Source: Candidatus Poribacteria bacterium (GTDB taxonomy: Bacteria > Poribacteria > WGA-4E > WGA-3G). Taken from it: DNA of 64,000 nt. This document shows, piece after piece, positions 8,506-16,875 of this stretch. The position numbers and the translations under genes are program-made. The notes below the pieces were generated by a model. That model was not told the DNA's origin. It worked only from the letters and a program-made list of their open reading frames with translations, and did not search any database. Positions within the stretch are counted from its first letter, which is position 1. Every line of letters starts with the position of its first letter. The stretch lies in the NCBI GenBank assembly GCA_965198235.1, contig OZ240248.1, positions 4,128,001 through 4,192,000 on the forward strand, in the 5' to 3' direction.

Positions 8506-9003
8506 TTATGGCACCTCTCTAATTTTTCCAGTTGCTAAAGTCCCTTTACCCGCTAAATACGGCGGTCGTCTTCGTGCCGTCTCCATATCCTTTAGACGAA
8601 TGAAGGGCCACGCTTCGAGATCACCCGCAGCAGCATCCAACAATTCCTTGCTACTGTATACAGGCACACGCCCGAAGCTAACCAGATACCTCAAATCTCC
8701 CAGTAACTGTTTCAGTGTGCTGTGTCGTGGCCACTGATATTCCTGATCGGTTTTAAGGAACAGAACGCATTTCGCAATTTCTCGTCGCTCATCGTCTAAG
8801 ACTCTATATTTCTCGGTAAGGGTATGTTCCTCGAAGTCATCATAAAGTGGCCATGCAGCAATCCACCATATTTCGTCGATGGCAAGGTCTTTTGATGAGA
8901 GCGGAACCTGATCTTCAAACGCATCATTCGTTATTCGACCGGATACGAAATGACGGAGGAGTTCTGCGAATTTGTCCCTTGCTTTTCTATCGACCATTTC
9001 CAT
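8506..9003 (-). CDS. hypothetical protein
   Basis: 165-aa ORF with SD GAGGTG; no recognised motif. Confidence 0.7.
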   Translation of the reverse strand: MEMVDRKARDKFAELLRHFVSGRITNDAFEDQVPLSSKDLAIDEIWWIAAWPLYDDFEEHTLTEKYRVLDDERREIAKCVLFLKTDQEYQWPRHSTLKQLLGDLRYLVSFGRVPVYSSKELLDAAAGDLEAWPFIRLKDMETARRRPPYLAGKGTLATGKIREVP

Positions 9004-9088
9004 TTCACCTCATCTTTCTTGCGCAATAAATATCGGTGGCGGCGAAGGTGCCATCACCGATATTTGCGTCGATTTCCATTAACTATAT

Positions 9089-10057
9089 TTACTGCTTTTC
9101 AAGGAAGCGTTTCACTTCAGTCTTATGCGACGAGTCAGGGTAGTGCTCCAGCAGTTGCGCAAATGTGCGCAGTGCGGCAACTTCATCACCCCATTCCATA
9201 TACGCTTGCCCAAGCCGGTACAACTCATCCGCAATATAAGGGAACCCGCTCTGCAGGGCAGCATCAATTTGTGCCTCAAGTTGCGCAAATACCCGTCGTG
9301 CAGCGGTTTCATCACCCAGCTCCATATACGCTTGCCCAAGCCGGTACATGATATCATATCTAACATAATCTCGCACCTCAAGTTGCGCAAATACCCATCG
9401 TGCAGCGGCTTCATCACCCAGTGCCATATATGCTTTACCAAGTCCGTACATGATACCATCTCCAATATCATCAATATGCGTCTCAAGCTGCGCACATATC
9501 TGCCGTGCAGCGGCTTCATCACCCAGTGCTAAATACACTTTTCCAAGCGCATACAATTCACCCGTAGGGTAATGCCCCTTGTGCTGCTGCAGGAAGATCT
9601 CAATTGCTTCCTCGTATTTGGCACGTGCCTCCTCATATCGTGCTTGCTTGAACAGGATGTATCCCCAAAGGTAGAGGATATCTGCCTGATCTGACTCGAG
9701 TATCGCGGTTTGGTAACTCTCTTTGACCGCATCTTCGGCTTTGATATAGAGGGAAACATCGGCTTCCATTTCCGCCAATTTGGCATAGCAAAAAGCGATA
9801 CGGTATTTGAACAGCGCAAGGTAGCTGACATCAATAACCCTTCTGTGGCGAGGGCGAATTTTAAAAGCTTGCTCATACTTCTTAACCGCCGCCCTGTATT
9901 TCCCATCATAACGTAGGTCTTCCGCCTCACTGTGCAGATCGACGTACAGATTCTGCAACGTGTTAGGAGTAGAGGAAAAAAGACACCCACACCCGAGCAG
10001 CCCCAGCGTGAGAACGCCTACAACGCTTCTACTGAATACTTTTATCAGAACATTCAT
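9089..10057 (-). CDS. tetratricopeptide-repeat putative lipoprotein
   Basis: Lipobox LLGC; repeats of Y.LG.AYM.LGDE.AAR..FAQL that are also similar at DNA level. Confidence 0.85.
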   Translation of the reverse strand: MNVLIKVFSRSVVGVLTLGLLGCGCLFSSTPNTLQNLYVDLHSEAEDLRYDGKYRAAVKKYEQAFKIRPRHRRVIDVSYLALFKYRIAFCYAKLAEMEADVSLYIKAEDAVKESYQTAILESDQADILYLWGYILFKQARYEEARAKYEEAIEIFLQQHKGHYPTGELYALGKVYLALGDEAAARQICAQLETHIDDIGDGIMYGLGKAYMALGDEAAARWVFAQLEVRDYVRYDIMYRLGQAYMELGDETAARRVFAQLEAQIDAALQSGFPYIADELYRLGQAYMEWGDEVAALRTFAQLLEHYPDSSHKTEVKRFLEKQ

Positions 10058-10176
10058 AGGAACCTCCGACTTGCGCTCCACTTGATAACGGGGTAGGGGT
10101 TGGAACCCTCCGCAATGCCATTTTATTGAAGGTGCTGATTCTATTCCTGTTTGCCAATCATTTCCGAGAAAGTACT

Positions 10177-10770
10177 TTAATCAAGACTCAGATGAGATAG
10201 CGTCTGATAGAAGATATCGTCCCCCATATAGGGGACCCCCAAGCGATATTCCAGCCGGTCAGGGACTCTTGTCCCATTCAAACGAATAATAAATCTCAGA
10301 GGTGCTGTTCGTCTCGGATAATACGCGGTATCCACCCAGAGAATATAAAGTTCTTCGGGCTCGAGAGGTAACGCCTTTACTTTCTCTTCATAGCCGGATG
10401 GCACTTCCCCGTACGTCAGACAAAATACAGGAGGTGCCAACAGCCACTGAAAGAGTCCGATAAAGAAATTATCAGCATCACGGTATTTTAATTGCAGTTC
10501 CCAAACCGTTTGCCCATTGTTCTGTACCGCGTCTAACTCCCATCGGTTTTTCTCTTCAGAGGAACGGCTCACTTTCTTAACTGTAATACGTCCAATGTGC
10601 AATCGTTCTTGAAAATATGGATCCTTATACATACAGAATGTCGGTTTCATCAATGCCGACCGCGAATCGATGGCGATATACCCAGGGAGAGGCGTACATC
10701 CAGCCGCAAAGACGCAGCTGATGAGAGTGCCAATGAGTGCAATAATGGCAATACCAATTCTATCTTTCAT
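10177..10770 (-). CDS. hypothetical putative lipoprotein
   Basis: Hydrophobic signal + AAGC; ATG overlaps the upstream stop (TAATG). Confidence 0.7.
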   Translation of the reverse strand: MKDRIGIAIIALIGTLISCVFAAGCTPLPGYIAIDSRSALMKPTFCMYKDPYFQERLHIGRITVKKVSRSSEEKNRWELDAVQNNGQTVWELQLKYRDADNFFIGLFQWLLAPPVFCLTYGEVPSGYEEKVKALPLEPEELYILWVDTAYYPRRTAPLRFIIRLNGTRVPDRLEYRLGVPYMGDDIFYQTLSHLSLD

Positions 10771-11345
10771 TATGTTGCCTCCGGCGGGATCCATTTTTTC
10801 GCTTCAGCCGATTTTACTAAATCTCGCAAGGTAAGTGCCGTTTCATCAGAACCTTTTCGTTTTTCTCTGTTAAACACCAAATCATATAACAAAACATACA
10901 TTTCTAATGGGTTAAACCCCTCTGTACCGAAATATTCCGTGTGGTCAATCTCATTCCTATTTTGGATCTCGAATTCTTCACAAAACGCCTCAAGAAGTTC
11001 ATAACCATCGTCACCGGCTATCCCTAAGTCGTCTGCTAAGAGCGTGTCTGAAGTGAGTTCTTCCTCCGACATCAGCCACTGTTCTGCTACGAAAGCCTTG
11101 ACGCGAGCGTAAAGTTCGGGATTTATTTCTTCTTGAGGCTTTTCCGCCGTCAGGGAACTCCGACAGCGTGAACACCTAATAGCCTTTCTTCTTATCGCCT
11201 TTGCACAGTTGGGGCATTTCGGTGACGAGAAGAGTCTGTAGACAACCCCAATCACCACATAAAAAACAGCAAGAATAAAAGAAATGCCGTAAACCAGAAC
11301 GACCGCGCCAAAAAGGAAAAGAATAAAAGACTTAAGAGATTCCAT
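10770..11345 (-). CDS. membrane-anchored zinc-ribbon + DUF1493-like (ACP-like) protein
   Basis: N-terminal TM, CPNC..CSRC, DTLLADDLGIAGDDGYELLEAF...YFGTEG...LTLRDLV. Confidence 0.7.
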   Translation of the reverse strand: MESLKSFILFLFGAVVLVYGISFILAVFYVVIGVVYRLFSSPKCPNCAKAIRRKAIRCSRCRSSLTAEKPQEEINPELYARVKAFVAEQWLMSEEELTSDTLLADDLGIAGDDGYELLEAFCEEFEIQNRNEIDHTEYFGTEGFNPLEMYVLLYDLVFNREKRKGSDETALTLRDLVKSAEAKKWIPPEAT

Positions 11346-11576
11346 CTATGTCCCGCTCAGTTCTTGACGCTCCTATAGAACAACGTGAGTTCGACCTATT
11401 GCTGCTAATGCAGATAAAAAAAATAAATTGGTAATCAACTGGCAATAAATTCCCTTACTACAAACGGGTTAGCTCGTAGTAGTGTTATTTATTGCACGTT
11501 CAGAAATTAACCAATTAAATTCTCAAACTTCATAACAGAACAAGTTATGCGTATTGGGTATTGGGTCTCCCTTTGT

Positions 11577-12038
11577 TCAATCAAGTCCACTGATATTCCC
11601 AAGACTATCTCTCGTGTAAACAACTCCGTTACCTTCATAGAAATCTAATGCCACACCCCCGGTTCCATTTGAGGAAAAAATCATTATGGATCCACCGTCC
11701 TCCTCCATTGTGACCTGAGCACCACCTTCCCCTTCTACATCGGTAACGCGTAAATACCCTCCATGTTTGCCAACCCCAAGACCCGCCTTACCGATTGGAC
11801 TGTAAGTTGTTACCCTTCCACCATCTTCATCCCAAGTAATTATAACTTGATGCTCATTATCGTCATTCATCACTCTTATACCTTTAAGAACAACCAAATC
11901 CCTGACGGTCAGTCTATCAATCGTCTCAGATCCAGATTGTGCTTCGGTATCCTTGTTCATATTCCCTAATACAAATCCGGTTAGAGCTATTAAAGCACCC
12001 AAAGCCATATATTTCAACTTTTCACGTAATCTAAACAT
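11577..12038 (-). CDS. hypothetical exported Gly-rich beta protein
   Basis: N-terminal signal/TM segment, repeated (D/E)xGG beta turns, SD AAGGAG. Confidence 0.7.
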   Translation of the reverse strand: MFRLREKLKYMALGALIALTGFVLGNMNKDTEAQSGSETIDRLTVRDLVVLKGIRVMNDDNEHQVIITWDEDGGRVTTYSPIGKAGLGVGKHGGYLRVTDVEGEGGAQVTMEEDGGSIMIFSSNGTGGVALDFYEGNGVVYTRDSLGNISGLD

Positions 12039-12070
12039 TATAGATTCTCCTTTTTATTTCTCGTTCCAAT

Positions 12071-12321
12071 TTATGAGAAGGAGGCGGTCGACTTATGAGA
12101 AGGAGGCGGTCGACCGATACATTCGGGATTATGAGAGCGTCAAAGTCGTTCGCACCGCAACCGCGGATATTGACAAAATCTCGCAGATTACCCGACTTTC
12201 TAAACGCGTTATCTCTCAATATCTCGACCTGATCCCGCAGCACCACCTCCAAGCTATGGATGCAAACCTCGCCAATTCATCTTCAAACGATGAAGCAACG
12301 CACCCAGGAGAACCCCAATGA
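12071..12321 (+). pseudogene. C-terminal remnant resembling a DUF1670-type mobile-element protein
   Basis: EAVDRYIRDY...ISQITRLSKRVISQYLDL; begins at a perfect 22-bp tandem duplication (12071-12114); no proper start. Confidence 0.5.
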
Positions 12322-12549
12322 GACCCTAACCGCCTGTTCCTGACGAACTTTACTTCGCAAAACCGGGGCAGTTGCCTTGAAAATACCGTTGACGGTCCGC
12401 TACCGGTTTTGCTATACTTTAGACACGTTTATCCCTAAGCGCATCATTTCTCAAAGATGATGCTAACTCACCCAACTCAACTCGCTCATCAGCGATGACT
12501 GGGAAGCTAATAAACATCAGCATCCCAGCTATCCTATGGTCATTTGATA

Positions 12550-15500
12550 CTATTTCAAGATGACCATTTTTCGCAGATACGATAAACCATCGGCTTGGAA
12601 TTGATAGAAATAGACACCACTGGCAACGCGTTCACCGGCAGCGTTTCTGCCATTCCAATAGGCGGCACGGCTTCGGCTCGTGTAATAGCCTTCGCGTTGA
12701 TGTCCGAGATCCAAACGCCGGACGACACCGCCGCGTGTATCATAGATGGTAATCCGCACATCACTGGGATTTGCCAAGTGATAGGGTATCCACGTCTCCG
12801 GATTGAACGGGTTCGGATAGTTCGCAAGTAACGTTGTTTCCTCTGGAATAAGCGATGCTAATAGGCGTTGAAGGTTAGCGATGCCTTGTTGGAAAGCGAT
12901 AGAACCGTCATCTTCAAGTTGGGCACGTTCTATCCACCGCTGTATCACCGCAGGATCCAACCCGTGTATATCGTCCACAGCGAGCATCGAAGGGGCAGCT
13001 GAGCCGTTTGATTCACCCATGTGTTGTGACACAAGGATGAGATCCAGGACATTGATAACCCCATCACCATTTATGTCAACTTCCGAATTGGCGGGCACAG
13101 TTTTCCCGAAGTGTCGAGCAACAAGAACCATATCCAGAATGCTCACCTGACCATCCCGGTTCACATCCCCGGTAGTATGTTCCCCCTCTACAGTAATGAC
13201 GACCTCATGTGGTCCTGCAACGATGGGCTTACCGGTGATAGAAGCGAGTTGAAAGTTATCGAGTCTCAATTGCGTTTGTCCAGATGCTTTCGCTGTAAAT
13301 GTTACTGATAACAGCGTGCCTGTGCCACTGACCCCGTCTTCGCTGAGCCGCGCTGCACTCAGACCTCCAATCTTACCCAACCGATTATCAATAGTCCCTC
13401 GCTGAAAGAATGTTGCTCCGCCTCCTGTTTTCAGAAAATCGCCTTCGTTGACTTCAACTGCTTCAATCACAGTACGGTCATAAGCAATATCAAATTGCCA
13501 CCCCGCTAAATTGTAGATATCTTCTGCCTTAATTTCAAGCGTAAACGTATCGCCGGCATCGATGATAGGTTGGGAAAAAGCGTATCCGACACGCGGATTT
13601 AACACGGTATACTCTGCCTCAGGGTTAAACCCCCAAAAACCGTTACCATACGTTCCTGTTGCAACTAACAGGACATTTGCTCCCTCTTTGAGCGTAACAG
13701 GAAAGAAATGTTGGTAATCCGACCCGGTTGTACCCCCTTTCTCATGAACCAAAGCACCGTTGAGCCACGCTTTACCACCGCCGTCATTCCCAACAAACAG
13801 CGTTACCTCTTGTTGACGGGGTGCATACAGAACAACACATCCATAAATAATGCCGTCCGGAATCGGACGCGTTTTTATCACATCCGCGACGGTATTCCGC
13901 CCTATAGGTGCTATCTTGTCAGAATACCAGACGTTATTGCCAACAGGATTCCCTTCGATCGCGCCATGGGTTGAAACCTTTAATTCTGTCACCGCGCCAC
14001 CACTCGCTTCTGCAAGGTAATCTATGCGACCTTCAGGATTAAAATTTATCCCTGGCAGTAGCACCCATAACCAGGGACCCTCTATTTTAGGACCCCCCTG
14101 AGGGAAACCCGGATTTTGGTGCCAGATGATTTTTACATCCTCGCGTAATCCATCTAAAGGCGAAAAGTCAGATATCATATTTTCCCCAACGTGCAACCAT
14201 GTCAACTGCTTTAATTGGGCAAGGGGAGATACGTCCGATATTTTGTTTATTGAAAGTTCTAACCATTTCAGGTTGGTTAGTTTCGCTAAGGGCGATATAT
14301 CCGATATACCATTGCCTACAAGACCTAAACGCGTTAACTCCGTCAATTTCGCTATAGATGAGACATCTGATTCCCCGGAAAAGTTTAAATACAGTTCTTT
14401 CAAATTTCTTGTCCCCTCCAAGGTTGATATATCAGGCTCTCCACCACAAATATCTATAACTTCGAGCCCTACGAGTGGCGACAGGTCGGACAAAGGGTTG
14501 CCCCAAGAATCAAACCTGTCCAGGTTGGGCAATCTCGCCAGAGGTGAGAGATCTGATATGTTGTTATGACTCACCTTTACAAGTCTAAGATTTTTTAATC
14601 CCGTCAGAGGCGATAAGTCACTTATTTCATTGGCACTGATATCTAAAAGATCCAGTTTCGTTAATCCCTCTATGGGGGATAAGTCAGATATTTGGTTCCC
14701 CTGAATTTTTAACCATTCCAAATTTGTTGCAAACTCAAGTCCCGTCAAATCGCTGATGCCCCTTTCTTCAGGAAAAATCCGCGACAATGTCGCCATCTCT
14801 TCCACTGTGATTAGGGCGTTTGGTGTTTTTCCGAGATTTTCTTCAATGACCGCACGCAAATTCGGGTCAGGGATGTAGACAGATGCTCCAGGGATACGTT
14901 CCGTCTGCTGGTCAACGGAAATAGCCACATCAGGGAAATCCAACGCGAACACGATTTCACTAAACTTCGATGTCCATGTATCTCTTTTCATCGTGCCAGT
15001 TTCTAAGACTAACACCCCTAAACTTTTCAAATTCGCGGAGGCACGAATCTTTTTGAGAAACGCCTCGGTCTCCAACCCAACGGCGGCAGCGGCATACGCC
15101 GCATCAACGGGTCTTTGAAACGCCTCGTGGAATCGCTGGACGGGTTCAATACCCCCGAATACATCGCCCGCTGCTTCAAGTGCCTGACGGTAACGCTCCG
15201 TATCCTCAGCCAGGCGTTCATCCATCGTCGCTTTCTCTACATAGAGACTCAACACTCGTTCTTTGTTAAATGGTGGATTCGGGTTCCTCTGAACAACGCC
15301 ACGCACCTGATCTTCAAAGTCTTTCATTCCCTCGGTGTGGCAACCGATACAGGAGAGTCCGTTACGGACGGTTGGATCACTCGCAGCGGGATTGCGAACA
15401 ATCTTTATCGGGGCTGCGTCCAGCCGTCTGCCGCCGGCATCCGCCAGATAGTACGCTTGCAAACCGTTGGGAAGGTTGAATATGATCTCGCCACCGTCGT

Positions 15501-16575
15501 GTGTGAAAGAGAGTGGATTCGTAAAGATGTTCTGTGTGCCGACACTCCCCGCAAAGTCGTAACTTTTCCAATACGCGCCATACCGAGAGGTGTGGCGTTC
15601 CACGACGCGGTTGTGATTCGATACACCTGAATCGCTGAAACCCGCACGCCAGACGCGCTTTCCTGCTGCGTTCCGAAGATTTTCAACAACATTTACCTCA
15701 AGCCGTTCCTCTAATTCTCGATCGGTATCTGGAAGATTCAGAATATCGTGATAGAGTGGTGGCAAAGATGCGGTCGCAAGAAACCAATCCACATGGATAA
15801 ATGGCACCTCGCACTCCACTTCTTCACGCAGGTTCGCTATTTTTTCACGGAGTGCTGTCTGTGTTGGGGCATTGAACTCAATACTATACGGATACACCTG
15901 TTCAATCTGTGTCCATCGGTTGGGTTCGATCTCCCATTCATAGTCTCGGAGATCAATATAGAAGATTGTTGCCTCTGGGTCGATGGGCTGCGGTTTGATA
16001 ACCTCGCGCCCCCAAGAGAGACTGTTCACGAGTTTCGAGAGCGCTCGCTGATAGGCGTGGAGCGCCTCTGCACTCTCACCGGCGTTATAGAGATGCGTCA
16101 TCGTAAAATAACGGGTGAAAGGACGGTCGAATGGTGACAGCGACTCGACGTGCTTCTCAATGGTGTCGAGCATTTCCTTAGATGTAATGAAGGCTCCATC
16201 TGCTTCAGAGGTGTCTTCCCAATCCGGCGCGCCTGCTTGAATCCAATTACCGATGGTTAGAATTGCGGTGGGAGGAAGTTGGGGTTGACCCAACGGCATC
16301 CGTTTTGCCGGATCGTTTTCGAGGAGTCGCCGATAGAGTTCAGACTCAATAGCGGGTTTCCCCGGGACAACTGCGCCCGTTTCGATGAGTGCCGTATGCT
16401 CAATAATGATCTCCTCAGTAAACGCCCCATGTTCTCCGTGGCAGTTGAGGCAACTTTGCTCAAAAATAGCATACGCCTGCTGTCCGAGGTTCTGTTGGGC
16501 ATCAACACTGTGAAAGTTGCCCAGAATGAGGGTCAACAGGGAAGCAAATGTGATAAAAATTTTCCAGTTCTTCAT
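12550..16575 (-). CDS. secreted multidomain protein: c-type cytochrome (2 CxxCH) + LRR + cohesin + dockerin + FlgD/T9SS-like C-terminal domain
   Basis: Signal peptide; CLNCH and CIGCH; internalin-like LRRs; LAGWQFDI cohesin; DVNRDGQVSILD / DINGDGVINVLD; ANYPNPFNPETWIPY. Confidence 0.88.
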   Translation of the reverse strand: MKNWKIFITFASLLTLILGNFHSVDAQQNLGQQAYAIFEQSCLNCHGEHGAFTEEIIIEHTALIETGAVVPGKPAIESELYRRLLENDPAKRMPLGQPQLPPTAILTIGNWIQAGAPDWEDTSEADGAFITSKEMLDTIEKHVESLSPFDRPFTRYFTMTHLYNAGESAEALHAYQRALSKLVNSLSWGREVIKPQPIDPEATIFYIDLRDYEWEIEPNRWTQIEQVYPYSIEFNAPTQTALREKIANLREEVECEVPFIHVDWFLATASLPPLYHDILNLPDTDRELEERLEVNVVENLRNAAGKRVWRAGFSDSGVSNHNRVVERHTSRYGAYWKSYDFAGSVGTQNIFTNPLSFTHDGGEIIFNLPNGLQAYYLADAGGRRLDAAPIKIVRNPAASDPTVRNGLSCIGCHTEGMKDFEDQVRGVVQRNPNPPFNKERVLSLYVEKATMDERLAEDTERYRQALEAAGDVFGGIEPVQRFHEAFQRPVDAAYAAAAVGLETEAFLKKIRASANLKSLGVLVLETGTMKRDTWTSKFSEIVFALDFPDVAISVDQQTERIPGASVYIPDPNLRAVIEENLGKTPNALITVEEMATLSRIFPEERGISDLTGLEFATNLEWLKIQGNQISDLSPIEGLTKLDLLDISANEISDLSPLTGLKNLRLVKVSHNNISDLSPLARLPNLDRFDSWGNPLSDLSPLVGLEVIDICGGEPDISTLEGTRNLKELYLNFSGESDVSSIAKLTELTRLGLVGNGISDISPLAKLTNLKWLELSINKISDVSPLAQLKQLTWLHVGENMISDFSPLDGLREDVKIIWHQNPGFPQGGPKIEGPWLWVLLPGINFNPEGRIDYLAEASGGAVTELKVSTHGAIEGNPVGNNVWYSDKIAPIGRNTVADVIKTRPIPDGIIYGCVVLYAPRQQEVTLFVGNDGGGKAWLNGALVHEKGGTTGSDYQHFFPVTLKEGANVLLVATGTYGNGFWGFNPEAEYTVLNPRVGYAFSQPIIDAGDTFTLEIKAEDIYNLAGWQFDIAYDRTVIEAVEVNEGDFLKTGGGATFFQRGTIDNRLGKIGGLSAARLSEDGVSGTGTLLSVTFTAKASGQTQLRLDNFQLASITGKPIVAGPHEVVITVEGEHTTGDVNRDGQVSILDMVLVARHFGKTVPANSEVDINGDGVINVLDLILVSQHMGESNGSAAPSMLAVDDIHGLDPAVIQRWIERAQLEDDGSIAFQQGIANLQRLLASLIPEETTLLANYPNPFNPETWIPYHLANPSDVRITIYDTRGGVVRRLDLGHQREGYYTSRSRAAYWNGRNAAGERVASGVYFYQFQADGLSYLRKMVILK

Positions 16576-16660
16576 GTATTTTTCCTCCTTGCCCTAAGGC
16601 TTTGATTGGCAAGTTGTAGTGAGTAATAGTAAAATATGGGTTCAATAAGGTTCGCATGAC

Positions 16661-16729
16661 TTTAGTCTTCTCCGAGGGCGTTAGCGACGATAACGAGATC
16701 CAGCACATTCACAACACCATCACCGTTCA
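16661..16729 (-). pseudogene. orphan dockerin fragment VNGDGVVNVLDLVIVANALGED*
   Basis: Manual translation; separated from the upstream sigma gene by a palindromic insertion. Confidence 0.65.
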
Positions 16730-16740
16730 CAGGCAGAGAT

Positions 16741-16874
16741 AAACTATAGTAGATTTTACAATTAACGAGACACTGTAGATGTATGCTTGGCGAGGTTAGG
16801 AAACCTCGCTAGCGGGGTGAAGGGTTTTCGCTTTTATTGAAGTGTCTGCTTGTTTTTAGAATTCACTATAGTTT
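16741..16874. mobile_element. MITE-like insertion with a REP core
   Basis: TIR AAACTATAGT/ACTATAGTTT enclosing GGCGAGGTTAGGAAACCTCGC. Confidence 0.6.
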
Positions 16875-16875
16875 T

